A stretch of 64,000 nucleotides of DNA from Holosporales bacterium. Lineage in GTDB: Bacteria > Pseudomonadota > Alphaproteobacteria > Holosporales > Holosporaceae. Below are positions 19,359 through 28,418 of this stretch, piece by piece. Both the position numbers and the translations under genes were made by a program. The notes beneath the pieces are model-generated. The model was not told where the DNA came from. It made no database searches and saw only the letters and a list, made by a program, of their open reading frames with translations. Where the stretch lies: NCBI GenBank assembly GCA_947457385.1, contig CANGUX010000001.1, positions 17,940 to 81,939 on the forward strand, in the 5' to 3' direction. Each line of letters starts with the position of its first letter. The stretch's first letter is position 1.

Positions 19359-19983
19359 CTAAAAATCGCTCCATGAGTATGTCTGTGATGCGCTGCGTTA
19401 AACATTCTGGGGTTTCCCCCTTAGGAAGAATCACATAACGATGAGGATTCCCCTTAGCCAAATGCAGGTAAGATTCAGCGACTTTACGATGAAAGTGCAA
19501 AGGAAGATCATCAAAGCGATTGGTTCCCACAGAGCGCGCCTTGCGTCGTTGTAAGGTGATATCCATGGATTCTTGGAAAAGAAAGGTGATATCTTCTACC
19601 AAATGAATCCCTGCTCGAATATGCCATTCATAAACCCAACCTGCATCTTGATCTCTCGCCATAGCTTGGTAAACCATGGAAGAATCGCGGTACCGATCAC
19701 ACAGAACCCACTTTCCTCTAGCAAGGGCAGGCTCTATGACATGTTTAATGTGATGACGACGATCAGCCAACAGCAAAAACAACTCTACTTCAGGATCCAT
19801 GATTTCTTCAAATAAAATCGCTCTAATTTTTTTACCAAGTGAGGTGTCTCCTGGCTCTTGCGTTGTAACGGCTTCAATGCCTTTCTCAAGGAGTACATCT
19901 TGAATCCGAGACAGTTGCGTGCTTTTCCCCGTTCCATCGCCACCTTCTAGGACAATAAATTTTCCTCGCAAAGGCTGCTCCAA
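19339..19983 (-). CDS. tmk: thymidylate kinase
   Basis: P-loop in FIVLEGGDGTGKST, plus ..DRY.DSS..YQ.. TTG start. Confidence 0.9.
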   Translation of the reverse strand: MEQPLRGKFIVLEGGDGTGKSTQLSRIQDVLLEKGIEAVTTQEPGDTSLGKKIRAILFEEIMDPEVELFLLLADRRHHIKHVIEPALARGKWVLCDRYRDSSMVYQAMARDQDAGWVYEWHIRAGIHLVEDITFLFQESMDITLQRRKARSVGTNRFDDLPLHFHRKVAESYLHLAKGNPHRYVILPKGETPECLTQRITDILMERFLGEKGSR

Positions 19984-20104
19984 AGCTTTTCTTTTGATAA
20001 GGGTAGTGTACCTCTAACTCTAAACCGTTGCAAAACCCAAAAAGAGAGACCAAGCATTTGGATGCATGAAACTGTGTCTTATCGCTATTATAGTTACTTA
20101 AAAT

Positions 20105-20650
20105 GTTAAAAGAGCAAGAAATTGATCCTTCCTATTGATCCAGCGACTCTATCAGATTTAAATAAAGCCTTTACCGACCTGAAAGCACCCCGTGAAAAGC
20201 AAGAAAAGGATATACTGCATAAAAGCCTTTTATATATTGAAGAAAGTGGGTTGAATATGGCACTTTGTAAAGAGTAAGGATGGGTTAAAGAAATCTAAGC
20301 TTATTGGTAAAAAAAGAGTAAAGTCTACAAACGGACGCATATTAGGTGGATACGTGCATCATACATCAATGGCGGACATGGTTTTTAATGTCACTTGTAA
20401 TACGCTTTTGTTTGAAACTTGGGTAGAAAATTTTTTGATAAAAGATCCAAAATCAAGGCAGTTTGTGGTGATGGATCACGCAGCGTTCCATCAGTCTAAG
20501 AAAAGTCCAAGAAAAAGCAAGAATGAATAGAATCTGTAGGATATAGCATAATATCCTTGCCACCTTATTTGCCAGAACGATGGATTCGGAATAAAACAAC
20601 GTAATGAAATAAAATTTATGAAGCTTTTGTCGAATGTTTTCAGTTCCTAA
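20105..20650 (+). mobile_element. IS630-family transposase remnant (internally deleted, multiple stops)
   Basis: The fragments ..LSDLNKAF.. (N-terminus), ..LLYIEESGL.., ..FVVMDHAAFHQSKK.. and ..LPPYLPE.. match the IS630/Tc1 DDE transposase pattern (YIDESG, DNAxFHK, LPPYSPxLNPIE). They are broken by stops and frameshifts. Confidence 0.6.
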
Positions 20651-20849
20651 CTTCAAACTAAAATACCATATTTGCATTTTTCGCTTTAAAGGCGTGGCGT
20701 TATACACTCTGTGAAATTCATTTTTTATCGGTGGTTTTTTCTTCCATGAATAGCATTCCCTGTGTTTTTTGGGAGCGTTCAATAGCTGTTTAATTCCGAA
20801 CACATTATACTCTTAGCTCTTTTTACAATGCTTTACGTCCAAGCAATGC

Positions 20850-21150
20850 TCAGAAGTGAGTGTTTTTTTATAGTCTTTTTAATCCATTTCATTGTTGCAT
20901 AAGCCATAGAGGTTACTCTTATTATCTTTAGAATTCCTGAAAATAAGTTTGGGTTTCACGAAGATATTCAAGCGCTATAAGCAATCCATTGTCTATTATT
21001 CGCTTATGCTTACCAGCCCTTTTTTTGCGCTCTGAATCATTGAACATAGGTTCAAAAGGAGCAACTTAATCCTCGTTAAGCGACCAAAGTTTATCTCATG
21101 CAATCCTTTTCATAAGCCCTGATTAGAAATCATTTAACAGAAATTTTGGT
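20850..21150 (-). mobile_element. second IS630-like fragment (N-terminal/HTH part), inverted
   Basis: The minus strand reads ..KRAGKHKRIIDNGLLIALEYL... About 55 nt (20953..21009) is roughly 80 percent identical, in reverse complement, to 27167..27219. Confidence 0.4.
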
Positions 21151-21270
21151 TAAAAGCTCATTTTTGAAGAGGTCTATGAATAGACGAAGATAGATCCCTA
21201 TTTCATACCGCGATGTCAAGAAAAAACCGCATGATACCGTACAATAAGCCTATGGCTCTGGCATAAAAAA

Positions 21271-21951
21271 CTAAGAAATGCTTGGAAAAGAAGCACTTTT
21301 TTCTTTTAGATCATTAAAAATCAAGGCTTGAATTTCAGAAATAGGCAATATCCCATCCACCTTTTTTAAAAGTCCTTTTTTTTGATAATGTGTTACAAGC
21401 GGCCCCATTGTTTCATTGTACAATCGTAGTCTTTTCCGAATAACTTCCTCCTGATCGTCTGGACGTTGTGAAAATTTCTGAGAACCACAATTTGCACAAG
21501 GCACATCCTGAAAATCAGACTCTTCTATGTTGCGCATATAAGATGCCCCACAAGAGGCACATTGGTACCTTCCCACCAAACGATGAATCAAAATCTCATC
21601 TGGAACCTCAAGAAAAAAAACACTTAGAATACGAGCCTTTCTAGAAGCAATCATGCTCTCTACATCCATCATTTGTTCTTCAGTTCTGGGAACTCCATCA
21701 AAAATAACCCAAGAGGATTTTAACGCATCTAATTGTTTTTCAAAGACTTCTCGCACAAAGTGCTTCCAAGAAGGAAGAGCTCCCTCTTCTAAAACAGGCT
21801 TAATTTTTTGTCCTAATGCTGTTTTTTCCTGAACTTCCTGACGAAGAAGATCCCCCATTCCCAGCAAGGAAGCTCCACAAACCTTGGTCAATAAACGCGC
21901 TTGCGTTCCTTTGCCAGATCCAGGAGGCCCTAAAAAAAAAATAATATTCAT
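21271..21951 (-). CDS. adk: adenylate kinase (zinc-lid type)
   Basis: MNIIFFLGPPGSGKGTQ P-loop. The lid carries CASCG..CANCG. The track ORF extends 14 codons further upstream. Confidence 0.9.
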   Translation of the reverse strand: MNIIFFLGPPGSGKGTQARLLTKVCGASLLGMGDLLRQEVQEKTALGQKIKPVLEEGALPSWKHFVREVFEKQLDALKSSWVIFDGVPRTEEQMMDVESMIASRKARILSVFFLEVPDEILIHRLVGRYQCASCGASYMRNIEESDFQDVPCANCGSQKFSQRPDDQEEVIRKRLRLYNETMGPLVTHYQKKGLLKKVDGILPISEIQALIFNDLKEKSASFPSIS

Positions 21952-21989
21952 GCCTTGATGCGCTGAGGCTGCGTTTTGATGCTCTTTCA

Positions 21990-23309
21990 TCACTTTTTGG
22001 TTCGCCGAAGAAGAGAACCATATTGATGCGAAATGATATAAGAATGCACTTGAGAAATTAATTCCAAGCTAACGCTGACAGAGATTAAAAAACTCGTACC
22101 CTGAAACGTCAAATCTAGGCGAAATAAATAATTGAGAATGGAAGGAAAGACCACAACCAAAGCAATATATGCCGCCCCCATTACTGTCAATCGATTCAAT
22201 AAATACGTTAAATAATTAGCCGTCATGATTCCTGGTCGATATCCTGGAATAAAAGCTCCGTTCTTGCGAATATTTTCGGCAGTCTCTTCAGGATTAAACA
22301 CAATGGTCGTATAGAAAAAAGCAAAAAATATAATTAAAAGAACCTGCAAGACAATGCTCGTCAGGCTAACGCCTGAAAACAAAGCCAGAAAAATTTCTCG
22401 AAGGACAGGAATATTTTTAATCAAAGGAAAATTAGCCAACATTTGAAACATTTGCAACAAAGCCACTGCAAAAATTGGAGGAAGAACCCCAGTGCTATTC
22501 AGTTTTAAAGGCATATAGGTTTGCTCTTCTCCATACACCTGACGCCCTACTTGACGACGTGGATATTGCACCACAACCCTTCGGTAAGCCCGCTCCATAA
22601 ACACAATAAATGCAACAATGCATAGCGCAATGCCCATGGCAATGGGAATATCAAAAGTCCCCCCCCCCCCTGTGCGATTGACTTCCAACGCATTAAAAAC
22701 AAGCCTTGGCAAATTTGCAATAATCCCGGCATAAATGATCATGGAAGAACCATTTCCTATGCCTCGTGACGTAATTTGTTCGCCTAACCACATCAGAAAA
22801 AGCGTGGCACCTACAATGGTCACCATGGTGGAAAAAATAAAAAATCCACCAGGATCAATCACCACCCCTCGATCTAACATCAACCCAGAAGCAAGGCCCA
22901 AAGCTTGAAATGATGCCAATCCTACCGTTCCATAACGTGTATATTGGGTCAATTTTCTTTTCCCGGTCTCTCCTTCCTTTTTTAAAGCCATAAAATAAGG
23001 GAAAATGGACGTCATCAATTGCACGATAATGCTGGAAGAAATATAGGGCATAAGGTTAAGACAGAACACACTCATACGTTCAAGGGCTCCACCAGAAACC
23101 ATATTGAACATCCCTAAAAATCCACGATTGTATTGCTTGGCTAACACTTTCATGCCCCCTGCATCAATGCCTGGCAACGGAATATAGGTTCCAAGACGAT
23201 AGACTATGAGAATTCCCAGCGTAAAAAGAATGCGCTTGTGCAGATCTGATGCTTGAGCCCAAGCTTTCCAACTAAGATTTGCAATGAGTTGTTCTGAAAC
23301 AGAAGACAT
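21990..23309 (-). CDS. secY: preprotein translocase subunit SecY
   Basis: 439-aa ORF with 10 hydrophobic segments. It sits in the canonical position between rplO and adk. Confidence 0.95.
   Translation of the reverse strand: MSSVSEQLIANLSWKAWAQASDLHKRILFTLGILIVYRLGTYIPLPGIDAGGMKVLAKQYNRGFLGMFNMVSGGALERMSVFCLNLMPYISSSIIVQLMTSIFPYFMALKKEGETGKRKLTQYTRYGTVGLASFQALGLASGLMLDRGVVIDPGGFFIFSTMVTIVGATLFLMWLGEQITSRGIGNGSSMIIYAGIIANLPRLVFNALEVNRTGGGGTFDIPIAMGIALCIVAFIVFMERAYRRVVVQYPRRQVGRQVYGEEQTYMPLKLNSTGVLPPIFAVALLQMFQMLANFPLIKNIPVLREIFLALFSGVSLTSIVLQVLLIIFFAFFYTTIVFNPEETAENIRKNGAFIPGYRPGIMTANYLTYLLNRLTVMGAAYIALVVVFPSILNYLFRLDLTFQGTSFLISVSVSLELISQVHSYIISHQYGSLLRRTKK
22659..22670. repeat. 12-nt C/G homopolymer inside secY
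   Basis: There are 12 consecutive C on the plus strand. On the minus strand these are four GGG codons (..NRTGGGGTFDI..). Confidence 0.95.
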
Positions 23310-23365
23310 GTTAATCCCTTATCTATTGCGGCCATCTAAAACCATCCCAGCCCTCTAGAATAGTT

Positions 23366-23821
23366 TTAAATAATACGAATGGATCCTCCCGATTCTTGAA
23401 TTTGCGCGCGTGCACTTTGACTCACCCCAGACACCTCAAAATTCAAAGCATGGGTTAATGTACCACGCCCTAGAATGCGAACGCCGTCAAACTTCTTTTT
23501 AAAAAAATTAGCCTGCTTCAAAAGGTCTTGCGTGATGACCACGTCTTTAGAAAGCTTCCCTTCGTCAACCGCAGTTTGCAATTGATCAAGATTGATTTCC
23601 CCATAATGCAAACGAAAACTGTTGGTAAACCCACGCTTAGGCATCCGTCTGGAAAGGGGCATTTGTCCCCCCTGGAATCCTTTTAAACGCACTCCGGAAC
23701 GTGCCGTCTGTCCTTTTCCTCCACGACCGGAAGTCTTTCCTTTTCCACTCCCAACCCCTCGTCCAAGGGCTTTGCTTTTGTGCATCGCGCCAGGATTATC
23801 TCGAATATCACATAATTTCAT
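23366..23821 (-). CDS. rplO: 50S ribosomal protein L15
   Basis: 151-aa ORF with a Gly/Arg-rich N-terminus (GRGVGSGKGKTSGRGGKGQ). Confidence 0.9.
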   Translation of the reverse strand: MKLCDIRDNPGAMHKSKALGRGVGSGKGKTSGRGGKGQTARSGVRLKGFQGGQMPLSRRMPKRGFTNSFRLHYGEINLDQLQTAVDEGKLSKDVVITQDLLKQANFFKKKFDGVRILGRGTLTHALNFEVSGVSQSARAQIQESGGSIRII

Positions 23822-23908
23822 GGTTGTCTCCTCCCCTTGCTTCTAAATCTTTATGCCTTTTAAAATTCCTAGATCAAATGATCTCTAAACCTTAGTCCTC
23901 CACCCTTT

Positions 23909-24091
23909 CTATGCCTCCTTGGAATCCAAGATGCGCACAAGATGGGGAACCTTACGCAACATTCCCATGATGGTAGGTACTGCTGACACCATGCGAATCT
24001 GATTCAGGCGCTTCAATCCCAATGAGGCAAGAATGCGCCGTTGAGAACGTGGTGTCCTGATGACACTGCGATACTGTTGAATCTGCAACAT
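23909..24091 (-). CDS. rpmD: 50S ribosomal protein L30
   Basis: 60-aa ORF between rpsE and rplO. Its start overlaps the rpsE stop (TAATG). Confidence 0.85.
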   Translation of the reverse strand: MLQIQQYRSVIRTPRSQRRILASLGLKRLNQIRMVSAVPTIMGMLRKVPHLVRILDSKEA

Positions 24092-24636
24092 TATAGTTCT
24101 CCTTCAGAAACAGAGTTAGCATGAACCGCTCGTTTTTCGAAAAGATCAGAAACCTTCAGCCCCCGCTTCATGGCCACCGTACGAGGCGTTTCAATGGAAC
24201 GCAATGCAGCTAATGTCGCTTTCACAACGTTATGGGGGTTAGATGAATTGAGCATTTTTGCCACAACATCTCTGATTCCTAAGGATTCAAAAATAGAACG
24301 CATTGCTCCTCCTGCAATAACGCCTGTACCGCGAGGAGCAGAACGAATATGCACACGACCCGATCCATATGTTCCCGTCACATCTTGGTGAATGGTTCTT
24401 CCTTCTTTTAGGGGGACTCTTTCCATATTTTGCGATGCGCGTTCTGTGGCTTTTTTAATGGCATCAGGCACTTCTTTTGCTTTTCCAACGCCAAAGCCAA
24501 CAGAACCTTTTCCATCTCCTACCACAATAAGAGCTGAAAAGTTGAATCGCTTTCCCCCTTTTACAACCTTAGACACGCGGGAAACCATCACGTTCCGCTG
24601 AATCAGCTCTTTATCCGATTTTGTGCGCCTAGCCAT
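24091..24636 (-). CDS. rpsE: 30S ribosomal protein S5
   Basis: Motifs ..VSRVSKVVKGGKRFNFSALIVVGDGKGSVGFGVGKAKEVP.. and ..IIAGGAMR.. Confidence 0.95.
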   Translation of the reverse strand: MARRTKSDKELIQRNVMVSRVSKVVKGGKRFNFSALIVVGDGKGSVGFGVGKAKEVPDAIKKATERASQNMERVPLKEGRTIHQDVTGTYGSGRVHIRSAPRGTGVIAGGAMRSIFESLGIRDVVAKMLNSSNPHNVVKATLAALRSIETPRTVAMKRGLKVSDLFEKRAVHANSVSEGEL

Positions 24637-24791
24637 GGTCCCTCAAATCTCTTTTTTTCCCGAGGATACCATGATTTCCCCTTTATAATAAAGCCCCCTT
24701 CTTTAAAATTTTTACATCATGGGTTTATGCCCTGTTCTATAAGGCCATATTCTTTTATCATGAATCATGGAAACCATACCAAGGTCCTATT

Positions 24792-25763
24792 TTGCTGTTT
24801 TGCGATCATGTCAAAATTCACGTTGCCAGTGGATCAGGAGCCAAAGGATGCGTTAGTTTTCGAAGAGAAAAGAATATTCCCTTTGGAGGACCCGACGGAG
24901 GGCATGGTGGACGGGGTGGGCACGTATTGGCAAGAGCAACACGGAATTTAATGACCCTCATTGATTTTCGCTATCGTCCCCATGTACGCGCACAAAATGG
25001 ACGTCCAGGAGCCGGTCGAAAACGTGCAGGAGCTGCTGGAAAAGATGCCATCTTATTGCTTCCCACCGGGACAGAAATTTGGTCTATGGGGGAATTGGTG
25101 GTTGATTTAATCACCCATGATCAAGAAGTTTTGTTGGTGCGAGGAGGAGATGGCGGATGTGGCAATGCTGTCCTTGCAACCTCTACCCATCAAATCCCTC
25201 GACATGCATTTCCAGGACAGCCTGGCCAAGAATCTTGGCTTGAGCTGAAACTGAAACTGCTTGCAGATATTGGGCTGATAGGCCTTCCCAATGCTGGAAA
25301 ATCCACGCTTTTACAAAAATTAACGGGGGCAGCTTCAAAAATAGGCGATTATCCCTTTACAACGTTACGGCCTTATTTGGGCATGTTGATTACTCCAAGT
25401 CACCAAGAATTGCTTTTAGCTGATCTCCCTGGTTTAATTCTTGGCGCCAGCGAAGGACGTGGATTGGGGCATCGCTTTTTAGGCCATGCCGAACGTTGCC
25501 GAGGCTTTTTACACGTTCTTGATGGCTCTGCCCCAGACCTTCTAGAATCTTATGAAGTCATTCGCCAAGAACTTCGCGCTTACAATCCTGCTTTGCTGGA
25601 AAAACCAGAATTCATTGTGGTGACTAAAAAAGATTTAGATCTTTCACCCCATAAAAAGGACCTGGATGTTCTTCGCACCAAGGCCCCTTTATTTTGGGTT
25701 TCTTCCATCACAGGAGAAGGCTTGGATGCGCTACAATCTTATGTGTTTCAACGGTTTTTTTAG
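24792..25763 (+). CDS. obg: GTPase Obg/CgtA
   Basis: Obg fold (..FRREKNIPFGGPDGGHGGRGGHV..) and G domain (GLPNAGKST, DLPG, TKKD). TTG start. Confidence 0.9.
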   Translation: MLFCDHVKIHVASGSGAKGCVSFRREKNIPFGGPDGGHGGRGGHVLARATRNLMTLIDFRYRPHVRAQNGRPGAGRKRAGAAGKDAILLLPTGTEIWSMGELVVDLITHDQEVLLVRGGDGGCGNAVLATSTHQIPRHAFPGQPGQESWLELKLKLLADIGLIGLPNAGKSTLLQKLTGAASKIGDYPFTTLRPYLGMLITPSHQELLLADLPGLILGASEGRGLGHRFLGHAERCRGFLHVLDGSAPDLLESYEVIRQELRAYNPALLEKPEFIVVTKKDLDLSPHKKDLDVLRTKAPLFWVSSITGEGLDALQSYVFQRFF

Positions 25764-25922
25764 CTGGAAGATTCAGTAAGTTTTTGAATTTTATGGATTT
25801 TCCTTGCACTCCATTGGATTGAAACTTGCATTTTACGCCATCACACGCAGACGCCCCTTGAATTTAAAGAAAAACATTAAAACTTAACGTAATCAATGCC
25901 AATGGGTGAACTATGAAAGATT

Positions 25923-25938
25923 TTAACTTTACATTAAC
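25923..25938. promoter_or_regulatory. CtrA-box-like motif TTAA-N7-TTAAC
   Basis: TTAACTTTACATTAAC lies in the AT-rich spacer upstream of 26253. It may be a chance match. Confidence 0.2.
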
Positions 25939-26252
25939 TTTAAAATTGTTTAATTAACTTTTAGGAAAAAATGATTTTCCCCATGATTTTTACCATATTC
26001 AGCCTCTATCCCTTTGTGTTTTGCGATTTTTTCATTTTAAATAAACAAACAATTCCAAGAAAACAAAACTGTAAAATTTATAAAAAACAAAAATTTTAAC
26101 AAACGAGAATATTTAAAAATAACAAAAACGCGTTTTAATATATTTTTTATTGAGAGCCGAAAAATAAACCTTATTTTCTCACTATCAAAAATTAAAAATC
26201 ACCACTATCCTATTTGTTTTCTTGGATTTTTGTGTTACGTTTTACATATTAA

Positions 26253-26879
26253 ATGTACAAAACTAGTCACATGCTATCTCCTGGAACGCGCATTAAAATG
26301 ATGAGAGTTCTTTTGGGTATTTCTCGAGAGGATTTTTGTTCACGTCATGGCGTCAATTTTAATACTATGACTTCTATTGAGTTAGATCGATTAAAAATTT
26401 CTAAAAAACAACTCAACAAAATTATTCTTGCCTTTTCTCAAGAAGGACTTTATGTAGAAGCGCCTTGGATTTTAGAATCGAAAGGGACGGCACCTTCTCA
26501 TGTGGTTTCGCAACTACAACAAACAGGAAGTGGACTGCTTGAAACGTGGGCACACACCTTTACGCATCATCGGGATAGCGTTATTTTTTCCATTCAGGGA
26601 GATGAGATGGAGCCTTTTTATGCACCAGGAGACTGGGTTGGTGGCGTTTGGACAACGGCACCTCAAACTCTAGTGGGAAAGAAATGCATTGGCTTATTTG
26701 AACATGGCGTGCTGTTGGTGGGAACCCTAGGAAAGCATCTTTCTTTAATTCCATCTAATTTGAACGCATCTAGGACAGATTGTATGACCTCTGCCACCCC
26801 CATCAAAATTGCAGAAATACTGTGGCATTTTGGAAAACATTTTCACAAAATTTTAGAGTTATCCACCTTGATTCATTAA
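26253..26879 (+). CDS. XRE-type HTH regulator with S24 (LexA/cI)-like C-terminal domain, catalytic Ser replaced
   Basis: N-terminal HTH (..RIKMMRVLLGISREDFCSRHGVNFNTMTSIE..). The C-terminal IQGDEMEPFYAPGDWV matches the GDSMEPxxxxGD signature with Glu at the Ser position. Confidence 0.6.
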   Translation: MYKTSHMLSPGTRIKMMRVLLGISREDFCSRHGVNFNTMTSIELDRLKISKKQLNKIILAFSQEGLYVEAPWILESKGTAPSHVVSQLQQTGSGLLETWAHTFTHHRDSVIFSIQGDEMEPFYAPGDWVGGVWTTAPQTLVGKKCIGLFEHGVLLVGTLGKHLSLIPSNLNASRTDCMTSATPIKIAEILWHFGKHFHKILELSTLIH

Positions 26880-27042
26880 GTATAGAGCAGGCAAATGACA
26901 TGCAAAGAATCATGCGATAAAGCAGAAAAAACTATGCTTTAGAGCGTTTGCCATTTCATGTGTAAAGATGAAATAATAAGCCTATTAAAGCAAGAAATGA
27001 CAGCCTCAATTTAAACAAGCCATCTCTTCATAGGGAGCAAAA

Positions 27043-27260
27043 ATGGCTCTATCAGATTTAAAGCTAGAGACTATAGCGAAAAAATATAATGCTTACAGCA
27101 CCAATTCTTACAGCACGAGAATCTACTCATGCTTGTATGCTTTTCCAGCGATGAAAGGCTGCATGAGCATAAGCCAACGATGGACAATGGATTGTTTATG
27201 GCGCTTGAATTATTTCATGCTCTCTCAAAGTATCCAGATTTTGCATGTCTAAAAAAAGGA
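27043..27260 (+). mobile_element. IS630-like transposase N-terminal fragment
   Basis: It starts MALSDLKLETIAKKY (compare the MAYSIDLRKKV-type N-termini of IS630 elements). In another frame it reads ..HKPTMDNGLFMALELF..KYPDF... Positions 27167..27219 repeat 20953..21009 in inverted orientation. Confidence 0.4.
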
Positions 27261-27867
27261 TAGAGTATAAAAAGTCTTACGGAGACAGGCTATCAAAGTA
27301 TAAAAAATACATTAAATAAAGAGTATCACTGTAAAAATCATAGTTTTTCTAGCGCTCTGATTAAATAACAATAAAAGTGGCATGATTAAAAGATTCAAAA
27401 TTGTTATAGCTTGTTATAGAAAGAGATGAAGTCGATTTAGAGCAAAATATAATTTATAACATGGAGCTAACTTTTTCATCGTTTCCAAATAAAAACAAGT
27501 CTATTACATGCCATCGAAACAAGTCTTTGTTTATGAATAAAAGCAGCACACTTATGCGTGCGCTCAACCTATTTACAGATTTTCTTAGAGCCAGTTTTTT
27601 TCCCCAGCCTTTATCTTTAACACGCCTTGCTGATAAAAGGCTTTTAAACTTTATATCTCTTTAATGACCCATTGATCCGTTTCTAGCTTCCCAGTGTTCT
27701 ATGTGCATAGGCCTATCCCTGTTTTCTTTCTCACCGGGTTCAGCACCACACATTTTATGCTCCTATCACTTTAAAGGCTTGTAATAATGATGATGAATAG
27801 ACTGCTTGCCTAAAAACAAACCCTTGCCCTTTTAAGGACATCCTTTTAGGGTAAAAGAACCAACTTA

Positions 27868-28410
27868 TTGTTTATATGCGTTTTGCAAGATCCCATTTTC
27901 GCGATCTGTTGGCAAACCCTTTCTCGCGTGGGTTGGACTTCTTTTTCCTTTCAAGACGTCATAGAAGAAGGTCACCCCTTTTCCTTAGAGTTTCTTGTGG
28001 CCCATTTCCCTTCAAAAGAAGACCTTGTTCTTTATTTTATGCGCTCTATCAGCGCCCAACTCATCTGTGATCTTCCGAACATGTTTCCCTATCAGGCCAG
28101 CTTACGTGAGTATTTTTTTGAGGGGATTATGGCGAGATTAGAAGCCTTCAGCGCACATCGTCCTCTGATTATAGATCTTATCTTATGGGGACCTACATCC
28201 CTAAAAACACGCATGATTCAGCACTTGACGTGCGACTTTTTGCCCTATTTTTTCCCAAAAAGAGCGTATTTCATTCCCCCGCTCTTTTTAGGACTTTATT
28301 GGATAAGTTTACAGCAATGGGCAACCCAATCCGATGAAATCGTGATGATTCATCTGGATTCCTGCTTGCACGCTCTAAGTTTGTTATATCCTGATTTGGA
28401 AAAACCTTAA
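27868..28410 (+). CDS. TetR/AcrR-like transcriptional regulator (N-terminus short, TTG start)
   Basis: ..GWTSFSFQDVIEEGHPFSLEFLVAHFPSKEDLVLYF.. resembles the TetR HTH plus the HFxSKExL signature. Confidence 0.4.
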   Translation: MFICVLQDPIFAICWQTLSRVGWTSFSFQDVIEEGHPFSLEFLVAHFPSKEDLVLYFMRSISAQLICDLPNMFPYQASLREYFFEGIMARLEAFSAHRPLIIDLILWGPTSLKTRMIQHLTCDFLPYFFPKRAYFIPPLFLGLYWISLQQWATQSDEIVMIHLDSCLHALSLLYPDLEKP

Positions 28411-28418
28411 GAACCCCA

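Noticed and set aside
20453-20803. 116-aa minus-strand ORF
   Set aside because: It runs antisense through the IS630 transposase remnant and has low-complexity, Lys/Phe-rich composition. It is probably spurious.
24170-24601. Plus-strand ORFs (73 and 69 aa) inside rpsE, and similar ones at 23622..23895 inside rplO
   Set aside because: These are antisense to highly conserved ribosomal protein genes. Their Pro/Arg-rich translations are typical of the reverse strand of Gly/Arg-rich coding sequence.
25764-26252. The 490-bp AT-rich spacer as a replication origin
   Set aside because: It contains one CtrA-like motif, but I could find no DnaA boxes and no flanking origin-associated genes. It is more simply a long promoter or regulatory region or eroded DNA. 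It is kept only as context for the S24-like regulator finding.
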